From NCBI GenBank assembly GCA_029553545.1, contig JAKPKU010000141.1:2418-66417 (forward strand): a stretch of 64,000 bases of DNA, written 5' to 3'. The notes beneath the pieces are model-generated. The model was given only the letters and a program-made list of their open reading frames with translations, was not told the origin of the DNA and did no database searches. A program made the translations under genes and the position numbers. Shown here piece by piece: positions 1-9,794 of this stretch (position 1 is its first letter; the number at the start of each line of letters is the position of its first letter). Origin of the DNA: Candidatus Cloacimonadota bacterium (GTDB lineage: Bacteria; Cloacimonadota; Cloacimonadia; Cloacimonadales; WRIO01).

Positions 1-1154
1 GGATATTTAATGGTATTGGCTTATCCGTATTTAGCTTGCTATTTAATCTTTATTTAAAAGAGCACGGATTTACAGAATCTCAGATAGGACAGATACTCTC
101 TTGGGGCTCGCTCGGTTCAGCCCTGGTAGCGATTCCTGCGGCTATGCTTTTAGAGAGGGTGCATGTTAAAAAGATCTTAATCTATTCAACAGTTCTTGCC
201 TGTTTATCTTATTTCTTTTCTATTTTTAGCAAGACTCTCTCTTTAATCTTTGTATTTATGTTTTTTGCAAACTCTTTTATCACTGTCTATCGTGTGTCTA
301 TTGCACCTTTTTTTATGCGAAATAGTACCAAGAGTGAGCGCATCTACCTCTTTAGTGTAAGCTCAGCTCTATCGATGTTGTCCCAGCTTTTTGGCTTTAT
401 CATTGGTGGTTATCTGCCTAAACTTGTACTCTTTACCAAATTGACTGACAGTTTGTCATTAGCTTATGAAATTGCCTTATATATATCTATTGTTGGAACA
501 ATGGTGTCTATTTTCCCATTTTTATTCATTAAACAAGCAGCAATACCAAAGAACCCAACAAATTTGTTCGCCAAGATAAAGAGCTACAATTGGCCCATTA
601 TCAGCCGCTTAATGATCCCCAAAGTACTTGTTGGTTTTGGTGCGGGGTTGGTGATACCCTTTATGAATCTTTACTTCAAAAATGAATATGATCTCGAATC
701 TGAGACAATCGGCTTTTTCTTTTCCATCATGCAGGTTTTTCTCTTTATAGGCATGATGTCTGCGCCTTTTATCACAAAGAAGTTTGGTATGATGCAGAGT
801 ATTGTGCTCACCGAGCTATTGTCTATCCCCTTTATGTTTATTTTGGCTATGTCACGCTATTTGCCACTTGCTGTGATCGCTTTTATCATGCGTGGCACAT
901 TGATGAACATGAATTTGCCTATTAGTTCAAACTTTGAAATGGAGCTTGTAAAGCCTAATGAACAGTCTTTTACCAATGCGATATCGACCCTCGGCTGGCA
1001 AGGGGCTTGGACTGTCAGTGCATGGGCTGGTGGGCAAATTATCGAGAAATATTCATTTGAATTTTCTTTTTATGTTACAATTCTTGCCTACTTTTTATCA
1101 GCAGTAACCTATTATATTTTCTTTAAAAAGAAACCTATAAATGCACACAATTAA
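1..1154 (+). CDS. MFS-type transporter, 5' end cut by window edge
   Basis: The reading frame is open from base 3 (IFNGIGLSVFS...), so the listed TTG at 36 is probably internal. The product is a polytopic hydrophobic protein with MFS-like organisation. Stop at 1152-1154. Confidence 0.65.
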   Translation, partial: IFNGIGLSVFSLLFNLYLKEHGFTESQIGQILSWGSLGSALVAIPAAMLLERVHVKKILIYSTVLACLSYFFSIFSKTLSLIFVFMFFANSFITVYRVSIAPFFMRNSTKSERIYLFSVSSALSMLSQLFGFIIGGYLPKLVLFTKLTDSLSLAYEIALYISIVGTMVSIFPFLFIKQAAIPKNPTNLFAKIKSYNWPIISRLMIPKVLVGFGAGLVIPFMNLYFKNEYDLESETIGFFFSIMQVFLFIGMMSAPFITKKFGMMQSIVLTELLSIPFMFILAMSRYLPLAVIAFIMRGTLMNMNLPISSNFEMELVKPNEQSFTNAISTLGWQGAWTVSAWAGGQIIEKYSFEFSFYVTILAYFLSAVTYYIFFKKKPINAHN

Positions 1155-1209
1155 TATGATTGGAATAAATTGTGCTATTAAAACCAGAAAATATTAAATT
1201 GGAGGACCT

Positions 1210-3516
1210 TTGAAAAAGATATTATTATCATTAATAAGTATATTTATTTTTATATCATTATTTGCACAGCAACCACCCCCTGCATATTATCATCGCTACG
1301 ATCAGATGAAAGCAGTGATAGACTCATTAGTAGCAATTGCACCAAATTATATTAGAGTCGATTCTATTGGTCATACGCAAGTTCTTCAACAGCCTATTTG
1401 GGCAGTGAAAGTCAGCCAAAACGTTAATGTTGAAAAAGATGTGCCAAGATTGCTATTTGTCGGTGACATACATTCTGAAGAAATAATGGGGCAAGAAATT
1501 GTCATGTCAAATATCAAAGAGTTTGTGCAAAAAAGAAATCAGCAACCATATCGCGATTGGCTTGAAATGCTTGAAATATGGTTTGTCCCATGCATGAATC
1601 CTGACGGGCTTACCATTGTAATGAGTGGGCAGGATCTGACCTATAGAAAAAACTTGAGAGATAATAATCTCAATGGTATATTTGATTTTGTGCCAGGGCA
1701 AGGGAATGACATCGATGGTGTTGATTTAAACAGAAACTTCGGCTCTCACTGGGTGCACGGGGATTCACTTTATGCCCCTTCAGGGTATGAAGTTTATGAT
1801 TATTATAGAGGTCCTGCACCTTTTTCTGAAAGCGAATCTGTTGCTATTAAAAACTTTATGGAAAAATATCAGTTTGTTTACTCAGTTATGTGGCATTCAA
1901 GCCGTACGGGCAACTTATCTGAGAAAGTATATCCTCCATTTAACTTTAAAAATGTAAGACCTGCTCCAGACTTGGATATTAATTCAAATATTGGACTCAA
2001 CTTTGCAAACAAAATACCAAGACAATCAGGTTCTGGGTTTTATGAAAACGCTCCTTCTTTGGGTAGAGTAAGTACTTCAAATATATGGGCTTATCTCGCA
2101 TTGGGGACAATTCAATTAGTCGTAGAATGCGGTACATCTGATATTCAACCAAATCAGCAGGTATTAAATTCTACTATTGAACGTTGCACCGAAGCTGTTA
2201 AGTGGATGTTAAATAGAGCTATGCCAATAAGTGAGCAGAGTATTGAACTCTCTTGTTTGACAGGTAATATCACAGATGCTGTGACAGGCAATCCTTTAAG
2301 AGCTGAAATTATTGTACATGGAAGAGATTCTAAACAGTTAATGCCACGTATGTCAAATGCTGAATATGGGCGTTTTTGGCGACCATTACTCGCAGGGAAC
2401 TATACTGTTACTATCCAAGCGAATGGCTATGAAAGTCAGACTTTGAACAATATTACTGTCAACTATGGAGGCTGGAAAAGACTCAATGTCGCACTCAATC
2501 CATTGCCAATTTATCGAGTTCATGGTAGTATAAAAGTGAATAATCAGCCTGTCAATGCACAACTTATCATTTCTGACATAGTTCCAGATACATTATATTG
2601 TGAAAATGGCGTGTTTGACACATATATCAGTGAAGGGGAGCATACTTTTACTATTTTTACAGATAATAATAGTACACAAAAAACGCTTAATATACAAGGC
2701 ATGAGCTATTTCACATTTAATCTTAATGATGAAGAAGTTATTTTCAATGAAAACTTTAATAATGGCTTAGCTGATTGGGATGTACAAGGTCCTTGGACAA
2801 CTGTATTTGATGAAAATAGACACTTTGCTGCAGACAGCTGGGGTGGAAAAGGACTTTATCAGTCTGGGTGTGATGTTTGGATGATCAATTCCGAAGCTAT
2901 TAGTTTGCCTGATAACACAAATAGAGATGTAAATATGATGGTAAAACATCGCATTTACACTGAGTGGGATCATGATTTTGTGACTATTGATATTTCTACG
3001 GATAAAGAGAATTGGACGACTTTGTTTACTCGAGCAGGGCAATATGATAATTGGCATAATACATTTATCTCACTTAATGATTATCGTGGGCAAAGCGTAT
3101 ATTTCCGCTTTAGATTAAAAGATGGTTTGGAAAATGATACAAACATGCCTGAGTTGACAGATCCTGGTTGGGATATCGATAATATCTGTATTTCATCTTT
3201 TACACCAGATTTTGTAAATATTGACTCTCCTACTGTGGTTAAACCTACTATCCAACTGAAGGGCAACTATCCAAACCCCTTTAACCCAGAAACACGCATT
3301 ACTTTTGCCATCGACAAAAATAACGTTAAGCATGCTCAAATAGACATCTTCAATATCAAAGGGCAGAAGGTGCAAACCTTGCCCATCAACATTGACGACC
3401 TAAAAAATCAATATGTTGTTTGGAATGGTAATAAAATAAGTTCTGGTGTCTATTTGTATCGTTTGAACGTCGATGGTATTACATACGGTTACAAGAAGGC
3501 AGTTTTACTAAAATAA
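1210..3516 (+). CDS. M14 zinc carboxypeptidase with T9SS-type C-terminal sorting domain
   Basis: TTG start 4 nt after GGAGG, followed by a signal peptide. M14-like motifs are present: HSEE (HxxE), CMNPDG, DLNRNF. The C-terminal ~80 aa (YPNPFNPETRITF...SGVYLYRLNVDG...VLLK) resemble a T9SS/FlgD-Ig-like CTD. Confidence 0.8.
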   Translation: MKKILLSLISIFIFISLFAQQPPPAYYHRYDQMKAVIDSLVAIAPNYIRVDSIGHTQVLQQPIWAVKVSQNVNVEKDVPRLLFVGDIHSEEIMGQEIVMSNIKEFVQKRNQQPYRDWLEMLEIWFVPCMNPDGLTIVMSGQDLTYRKNLRDNNLNGIFDFVPGQGNDIDGVDLNRNFGSHWVHGDSLYAPSGYEVYDYYRGPAPFSESESVAIKNFMEKYQFVYSVMWHSSRTGNLSEKVYPPFNFKNVRPAPDLDINSNIGLNFANKIPRQSGSGFYENAPSLGRVSTSNIWAYLALGTIQLVVECGTSDIQPNQQVLNSTIERCTEAVKWMLNRAMPISEQSIELSCLTGNITDAVTGNPLRAEIIVHGRDSKQLMPRMSNAEYGRFWRPLLAGNYTVTIQANGYESQTLNNITVNYGGWKRLNVALNPLPIYRVHGSIKVNNQPVNAQLIISDIVPDTLYCENGVFDTYISEGEHTFTIFTDNNSTQKTLNIQGMSYFTFNLNDEEVIFNENFNNGLADWDVQGPWTTVFDENRHFAADSWGGKGLYQSGCDVWMINSEAISLPDNTNRDVNMMVKHRIYTEWDHDFVTIDISTDKENWTTLFTRAGQYDNWHNTFISLNDYRGQSVYFRFRLKDGLENDTNMPELTDPGWDIDNICISSFTPDFVNIDSPTVVKPTIQLKGNYPNPFNPETRITFAIDKNNVKHAQIDIFNIKGQKVQTLPINIDDLKNQYVVWNGNKISSGVYLYRLNVDGITYGYKKAVLLK

Positions 3517-3531
3517 ATGAAATATAATATT

Positions 3532-3557
3532 AAGGGCGTGCTTCCCGCCCTTTTTTA
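3532..3557 (+). terminator. Rho-independent terminator after the M14 peptidase gene
   Basis: AAGGGCG-tgcttc-CGCCCTT stem-loop followed by a T-run. Confidence 0.8.
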
Positions 3558-3620
3558 TTTGTATAATTTTCTGACTTAAAAACATGCCTTCTTTGTCCTC
3601 CTTTTTCTAATAAAAAATGT

Positions 3621-3700
3621 CCTTTGGATCTCCTTTAGATTCCTATAAGATTACCTTAAGTTCTCCAAGATAGCAAGGGGAATGCAAGAGGGATCAAAGC
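3621..3700 (-). repeat. Copy A of the conserved intergenic hairpin element (core only, inverted, right arm deleted)
   Basis: The reverse complement reads ...GCATTCCCCTTGCTATCTTGGAGAACTTAAGGTAATCTTATAGGAATCTAAAGGAGAT. This shares long exact stretches with copies at 33221, 53739 and 23361. About 11 nt (GAATGTAAAGG) of the 3' arm are missing. Confidence 0.8.
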
Positions 3701-3886
3701 AGATAATTATATGTAAATATAGATAGTTAGCCCTGCTGTTAAATTGTTTATAAATATCAAGCGAGAGACATGTAATTTTGAGGTAAAAAGAGCCCTTCTT
3801 TTGACCTAAAAAAATAATATTATTATCACTTTTCTTCATTGAAAAAATAAGGGTTAGAGAAAAAATCTCATTCTAAAATAAATATC

Positions 3887-3914
3887 TTGACTTAAAAAAA
3901 CACATTTTTAAAAT
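3887..3914 (+). promoter_or_regulatory. Sigma70-like promoter for the 3960 gene
   Basis: TTGACT, 16-nt spacer, TAAAAT, about 45 nt upstream of the ATG. Confidence 0.45.
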
Positions 3915-3959
3915 GAAATAAAAGGCATAGTAAATAGTTAAACTATGTAGATTTTTAAG

Positions 3960-6900
3960 ATGAATAAGGTGGAAATGAAAAAGCATATTCTTATTATTTT
4001 AATATTACTTGCAGCGATTAGCTTAAATGCATATAGTTATGGGCAAAACAAGGTTCAAAAGTCAAAGATTGATTGGAAAGTCTTGGAAACAAAGCATTTT
4101 GATATTCATTATACAAAGCAAGATGACCTGTTTGGTCAGACAATTGCCTATATTGCAGAAAGCGCCTATTATCATTTAAACTCTTATTTTAAAATGCCTT
4201 TACAGAGGCGCGTGCCTATCATAATATATCAGTCAAAACAAGAATTTCAGACTACAAATATAATTTATCCTCTTCTAACTGAAGGTGTTGGCGGCTTTAC
4301 CGAAAGTGTGAGGAATAGGGTCGTAGTACCATTTGACGGTAGCTATAAGAAGTTTGAAGAAGTGCTTATTCATGAGCTTACCCATGCTTATGTGAATGAT
4401 ATTTCTGGTAGCTTTTTGAGGAACCCTCTATTTGATAATAACTTTAGCTATTTGCCATTTTGGTTTTCTGAGGGGTTGCCAGAGTATTTGTCTATCGGAG
4501 GCGACGATGCATATAATAATATGTTTGTGCTCGATCTGGTGCTCAATGATCGACTTTACCCTATAAATAATATCTCTGGTTATTATGCGTATCGGCTTGG
4601 CGAGGCTTTTCTTGTATGGCTTGGAGAGGAATATGGCGAAGATATGCCAACGAAGTTCTTTTATCAATTAAGAATTTCCAGTGACCTTGATGCAGCATGT
4701 CAAAGGATGTTTGGACAGAAGTTTAGTGATATAGAAAAGCGTTTTCATCTATATTTAAAGAGAAAGTATTATCCAATTATTGAGAACCATTTTATGCCAA
4801 TGGAGAAGTGTGAAAGGCTTACAAATGCTGAGGATTTTAAAGCAAGCATGAATTATTCTCCACGCTTTTCACCAAATACAGGTAAGGTTGTTTTCTTTTC
4901 AGATAAAATGGCAAGAACGGGTATTTGGGAAGTCTCACCTTATGAGCAAAAGAAAAAACCTAAAAAGATAATGCAGGGCGAGCTTGATTCTCGTTTTGAG
5001 GAGTTTCACTTCCAGCGTAGCAATATCAGCTATTTTCCAAATGGAGAAGATATCGCTTTTGTAGCTAAGACGATCGATGGCGACAAGATTTATATTTATA
5101 ATATCAAAAAAAAGAAGGTAAAATCAAGTATTCAACTTGATCAATTTGATGCAATATATGAGATAGATGTCGATAAAACTGGCGAGCGAATAGCCTTTTC
5201 TGGACAAGCGAATAATAAAAACAATCTGTATATTTATGATTTAAAGGATCAATCATTGACGCAAATAACAGATGATCATTATAAAGACGCACAGCCACGC
5301 TGGTCGTATGATGGAAAGAAGATCGTCTTTACTTCTGAGCGTAGTTTTAAAGAAAACTCAAAATATGACCATGTGTTTTCTAAGCTCAATTCTAATATTT
5401 TTATATATGACATAGAAGATGCAAGCTTTTATCAAGTGACTTTTGATGACTTTAATAATAGCTTCCCCTTATGGCGTTCTAATAATGAGGAGATCTTGTA
5501 TGTGTCTGAAGAGAATGGTGTTAGCAATTTAAAAGCAATAAATATTATTAACAGCACCATGGCATCATTTGATACTTTTTATTCAGGAGTTTTGGATGCT
5601 GATTTATCTTCAGATGATGACATGCTTGTTTTCTCTTGTTTTAATGGGGGTGCTTGGGATATTTATTTGTTAAATATGCCTTTTGGTTTTTTGGAATACC
5701 AAGCTTGTGCGCCAATACAAAGTTTTAGTCCTATTGATGATTTTCAAGATCGTTTTAATATTCAAGATTATGTATTGTTTGGTAAGAGCCCTGAAGATGT
5801 AAAAGAAAAAAAACAGAAAGACAGTCTATGGCAAAAGCCTGAGAGCATTGAAAAAGACAGCTTAGCATTTTACCGCATGAAGAATATCGAGGCACTTGCT
5901 AAAATAGATGAAAAGCCCGACAGCACGCATTATTCCTCGCCATTACTAAGAGACTATTCACCGAAACTTAAGATAGATAGCTTTTGGGGAGGAATGGCAT
6001 ATTCATCATCTATTGGTACAATGGGGGTGGTACAATTAGGGTTAACTGATCTGATGGGTAACCACGCTTTGGGTATAAATGCGGAGATTAATGGTGATCT
6101 CAAAGATTCTAATTTTATCTTATCATATTTGTATTTGCCCTATCGTATTGATTATGGGTTGGCTGTGTATAAAACAAGCGATGATGCTATCTATTATAAT
6201 AGGCAACTTGATGAATACTATCGGTTGACAGAGAGGCAGTTAGGCGCCTATGTCTTACTACGATACCCATTTAGTAAGTATTTTAGAATTGATTTGGAGC
6301 AGTCCGTGTATGAATATCAAGAGGACTGGGATATTTACAGTTGGGATGATGAGGATTGGCATGATTTGTTTATTGATAAAACAATGAATGCCTCGCCTGC
6401 CATTTCATTTATTTATGATAATGCGCTGTATAGTAGTACAGGACCAGCGTCTGGTATTAGAGCTTTTTATCAAGTTAAAAAGAATTTTGCAAAAGAGAAT
6501 TATGACTTTCTAACAAATTATGCTGATATAAGGTTTTATAAATCATTGACTGAGAGATTTTCTTTGGCAAATAGATTTATATATGGGCATAGTAGTGGTG
6601 GGTTTCCTCAAGGCTTTAATTTATTGGGATTTAATGGCGTCAGAGGCAATGAGAAAGAAAAGATTGGGACATCAAAAGCTTTGATGTCAGCAGAACTACG
6701 TTACCCATTCATTGACTATATAAAGTTAGGTTTTCCCTTGCCTATAGCGCTTGGTGATATTAGAGGAGCTATTTTCACAGATATTGGCTCTGTTTGGAAT
6801 AAAGGAGATAGCTTTCAAGGTATGAAAAACGGTAAGCTGCAGGATTTAACTCTTGGTTTTGGTTTTGGTCCACGAATGAATATTGGCTATTTTATTTTGA

Positions 6901-6980
6901 AACTGGATATTGCTTGGAAGAGTGATTTAATTAATCATGGTAAGCCCTCATATTATTTTAGCATCAATCAAGAGTTTTAA
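3960..6980 (+). CDS. Outer-membrane fusion protein: MA-clan metallopeptidase-like domain + TolB-like PD40 beta-propeller + Omp85/D15 beta-barrel
   Basis: Signal peptide; a second ATG at 3975 gives MKKHILIILILLAA. HELTHAY (HExxH) is followed by FSEGLPEYL. The central part has PD40/TolB-like repeats (FSPN..KVVFFSD, IAFSG.., PRWSYDGKKIVFTSER). The C-terminus has Omp85 barrel motifs (GVRGNEKEK, AELRYPF, GAIFTDIGSVW) and a terminal aromatic F. Confidence 0.7.
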   Translation: MNKVEMKKHILIILILLAAISLNAYSYGQNKVQKSKIDWKVLETKHFDIHYTKQDDLFGQTIAYIAESAYYHLNSYFKMPLQRRVPIIIYQSKQEFQTTNIIYPLLTEGVGGFTESVRNRVVVPFDGSYKKFEEVLIHELTHAYVNDISGSFLRNPLFDNNFSYLPFWFSEGLPEYLSIGGDDAYNNMFVLDLVLNDRLYPINNISGYYAYRLGEAFLVWLGEEYGEDMPTKFFYQLRISSDLDAACQRMFGQKFSDIEKRFHLYLKRKYYPIIENHFMPMEKCERLTNAEDFKASMNYSPRFSPNTGKVVFFSDKMARTGIWEVSPYEQKKKPKKIMQGELDSRFEEFHFQRSNISYFPNGEDIAFVAKTIDGDKIYIYNIKKKKVKSSIQLDQFDAIYEIDVDKTGERIAFSGQANNKNNLYIYDLKDQSLTQITDDHYKDAQPRWSYDGKKIVFTSERSFKENSKYDHVFSKLNSNIFIYDIEDASFYQVTFDDFNNSFPLWRSNNEEILYVSEENGVSNLKAINIINSTMASFDTFYSGVLDADLSSDDDMLVFSCFNGGAWDIYLLNMPFGFLEYQACAPIQSFSPIDDFQDRFNIQDYVLFGKSPEDVKEKKQKDSLWQKPESIEKDSLAFYRMKNIEALAKIDEKPDSTHYSSPLLRDYSPKLKIDSFWGGMAYSSSIGTMGVVQLGLTDLMGNHALGINAEINGDLKDSNFILSYLYLPYRIDYGLAVYKTSDDAIYYNRQLDEYYRLTERQLGAYVLLRYPFSKYFRIDLEQSVYEYQEDWDIYSWDDEDWHDLFIDKTMNASPAISFIYDNALYSSTGPASGIRAFYQVKKNFAKENYDFLTNYADIRFYKSLTERFSLANRFIYGHSSGGFPQGFNLLGFNGVRGNEKEKIGTSKALMSAELRYPFIDYIKLGFPLPIALGDIRGAIFTDIGSVWNKGDSFQGMKNGKLQDLTLGFGFGPRMNIGYFILKLDIAWKSDLINHGKPSYYFSINQEF

Positions 6981-6991
6981 TAGGAGAGAAG

Positions 6992-7873
6992 ATGAAAAAT
7001 AACCTTAGCTTAAAAATATTAGCAGTCGTAATTGCTTGTATCATATGGGTTCAAGTTAATCTACTAAAAGAACAAAGCATAGTTATGACAATCCCGCTAA
7101 TAGTAGTCGATTTGCCAGATAATATATTTGTAGATAAGAATGAAGTGTATAAATTGAAATTTCAGATAAATGGGAGCGGCATGGATTTGTTATCTTTTTA
7201 TATATCAAACCCTGCGATTGAATATGATGGATCTTCTTTAAAGGTAGGCAGTAATAAGCTATCTGCAGAGAATTTAGTCCCTTATTTTAGAAAATATGAA
7301 AATATTAGATTTGTACCAATTGACGAAATCGAGAGGACATCAATATATACAGAAAGAGTGATTCAAAGAAAAGTTGGCGTTTTGATCACCTATGAATCAG
7401 AGGAAGCAAAGGCGTATTTTGAAGCAAGCAATTTAGAGCTCAATGAAAATAGCGTTATAGTATCTGGACCAATTGAAGATGTACAGAAGATTGATATAGT
7501 TGTAACACAACCAATAAGCATTGCAATGATTAAAGGAAAAAAGAAAATAAAGCCAAGTGTTTCTTCAAATAAGGTATTGTATATTCCTGAGCATTTTAGC
7601 TTGGTAGAACAAAATCAGATTATTGCAAAAAAGACCTTCTCTAATATTCCTATTGAGATTTATGACAAGGAAGTTAGCTTCTTCCCAAATACAGTTACTG
7701 TGATTCTTGAAGGTAATAAAGACTATATTGAGGCTGTGAAAACTAAAGATATTAAAGCAAAAATCAAGAAATCTAATGGTAAAGTTGAAATTACCGTAAA
7801 TAAATACCAAAGTCTTAAGGTCGTTGATTATTCACCTAAAAAAGCTATGATAAATAAGAAGGCAAAGAAATGA
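6992..7873 (+). CDS. YbbR-like/CdaR-like single-pass membrane protein (tentative)
   Basis: N-terminal TM (LKILAVVIACIIWV) followed by repeated beta-rich modules. Translationally coupled to tsaD through an ATGA overlap. Confidence 0.4.
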   Translation: MKNNLSLKILAVVIACIIWVQVNLLKEQSIVMTIPLIVVDLPDNIFVDKNEVYKLKFQINGSGMDLLSFYISNPAIEYDGSSLKVGSNKLSAENLVPYFRKYENIRFVPIDEIERTSIYTERVIQRKVGVLITYESEEAKAYFEASNLELNENSVIVSGPIEDVQKIDIVVTQPISIAMIKGKKKIKPSVSSNKVLYIPEHFSLVEQNQIIAKKTFSNIPIEIYDKEVSFFPNTVTVILEGNKDYIEAVKTKDIKAKIKKSNGKVEITVNKYQSLKVVDYSPKKAMINKKAKK

Positions 7874-8886
7874 AAAATGAATATATACTTGCTATAGAAA
7901 GCTCTTGTGATGACACATCAATTGCTATAATTGATACTAATTATAAATTGTATGCAAATATTATTTCTTCACAGCTTGCCCATAATGATTTTGGGGGAGT
8001 AGTTCCAGAATTGGCTTCAAGGCTTCACTTAAAGAATATCTCTTATTGTATGGATATGGCTTTGCAAGAGTCTCAGATCAATTTAGAAGAAATCTCAGCT
8101 ATTGCTGTTTCTATTAATCCTGGTTTGATAGGCTCATTGTTGGTAGGTACTTCTTTTGCAAAAGGATTAGCATGGTCTTTAGGGGTTCCATTAATCTCTG
8201 TTAATCATATGCTTGGGCACGTTTTTGCTAATAAAATAGCCAACCCTGACTTGCAAGCACCTTGGCTGGCGCTGGTGATATCTGGAGGGCATACGGAGCT
8301 CGTTGAGTTTGAATCAGAGAGTAAATTTCAAATAGTAGGCAATACAGTTGATGATGCAGCTGGCGAGGCTTTTGATAAAATAGCTAAGATACTAAACCTG
8401 GGATACCCTGGGGGACCTGTGATCGATAAATTGGCAAAAGAAGGCGACCCTAACTTTCATAAGTTTCCACAAGCTATGAATATAAAGGACAATTATAATT
8501 TCAGCTTTAGTGGCTTGAAAACATCTGTTTTGCAGTATATTGGAAAGCAAAGTGATGAATTTATTCAACTTCATTTAAATGATATTGTAGCTTCCGCTCA
8601 GCATGCCATAGTGAGCATTCTGGTGAAAAAGACCATTGCTTATGCCACAAAGAATAATATTAAAAAGATAATCGTTGCAGGCGGTGTTTCTGCAAACAGT
8701 TATCTCAGAGAGCAGATGCAGGCAGCGAATAAGAAACTCAAGGCTGATATTTATTTTCCACCAATCAAGCTATGCATGGATAATGCTGCGATGATAGGTG
8801 CTGCAGCAATCAGGAAGTACCTGAATAAAGAATTTGCAAAGCTTGATTTAAATGCTTTTTCTACTAAGGGAATTAAAGAAGTTTAG
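7870..8886 (+). CDS. tsaD: tRNA N6-adenosine threonylcarbamoyltransferase
   Basis: ILAIESSCDDTSIAI, HMLGH, SGGHTE, GGVSAN motifs typical of the TsaD/Kae1 family. Confidence 0.92.
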   Translation: MKNEYILAIESSCDDTSIAIIDTNYKLYANIISSQLAHNDFGGVVPELASRLHLKNISYCMDMALQESQINLEEISAIAVSINPGLIGSLLVGTSFAKGLAWSLGVPLISVNHMLGHVFANKIANPDLQAPWLALVISGGHTELVEFESESKFQIVGNTVDDAAGEAFDKIAKILNLGYPGGPVIDKLAKEGDPNFHKFPQAMNIKDNYNFSFSGLKTSVLQYIGKQSDEFIQLHLNDIVASAQHAIVSILVKKTIAYATKNNIKKIIVAGGVSANSYLREQMQAANKKLKADIYFPPIKLCMDNAAMIGAAAIRKYLNKEFAKLDLNAFSTKGIKEV

Positions 8887-9794
8887 TTTACAAACCTTCT
8901 GGAAATAGTTAGGATACTGATAACTAATACAGCGGCAGCAACCCATTGTTCAAGAGCAAGCTGGTTTTTATGTAAAACTAAATCAAGTATGACAGCAGTG
9001 AGAGGGAAGAATAATTCGCAAATAGTCGCTATGCTTGCCTTTACCCTGAGCATACCGTAATAGTATAAAAAGATAGCGCCTGAACCTACTGTCAAAGATA
9101 TTGTGACAATAACTATCCAGTGAGTAAGAGTGGCTTGTGTGATATTTGTAATGGTGCCTGTGCTTAAAACCCAAATTAGCATAAAAATAGCGGTAAACCC
9201 GTATCTATAAAAAGTTGCAGTCGTGAAAGAATGTCGTGTCGCAATTTTTCTACTAATGACTGTGCCTGAAGCAAAAAAGAATGCAGCAATGATGGCAAGT
9301 AGATAGGCTTGTAATGCTATCTTTGATGTATCAGCTTGCGGTAGGACTAACCCGAAGGACATAATATAAGCAGAAATAAGGGCAAGCAATGCCCAGAAGA
9401 TAAAGCTACGGCTTACTTTCTCTTTTAAGAATATGACAGATAAGAAAATTGCGAAGATTGGCTGAAGCTTTTGTAGCAAAACGACTATTGTTAGCTTTTG
9501 GAAGTTCATTAAAAATAATGCTTTTACTATTGCCAGTGTGCCTAATGAGCCTCCCATTATAGCCAGCAAGCTAAAGAGAAAGAAGTCTTCTTTTGTAAAG
9601 CTCTTTAGCTTTTGGTATTCTTTATAAAAAATGATGCTCATCAAGGCAAAGGGTAAAAAATGTATGATAAACACTACAAATGAAGTATTTAATGCATAGA
9701 GCTGTGGCGTGAGGATAACGCCATCTACACCCCATAAACTGGCAGCAAAACAGATGGCGATAATGTGTGGGATAATGCTTTTTTCTCTGTTCAT
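8883..9794 (-). CDS. EamA/DMT family transporter
   Basis: Ten-TM-like hydrophobic profile with duplicated EamA-type halves. Confidence 0.7.
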   Translation of the reverse strand: MNREKSIIPHIIAICFAASLWGVDGVILTPQLYALNTSFVVFIIHFLPFALMSIIFYKEYQKLKSFTKEDFFLFSLLAIMGGSLGTLAIVKALFLMNFQKLTIVVLLQKLQPIFAIFLSVIFLKEKVSRSFIFWALLALISAYIMSFGLVLPQADTSKIALQAYLLAIIAAFFFASGTVISRKIATRHSFTTATFYRYGFTAIFMLIWVLSTGTITNITQATLTHWIVIVTISLTVGSGAIFLYYYGMLRVKASIATICELFFPLTAVILDLVLHKNQLALEQWVAAAVLVISILTISRRFVN

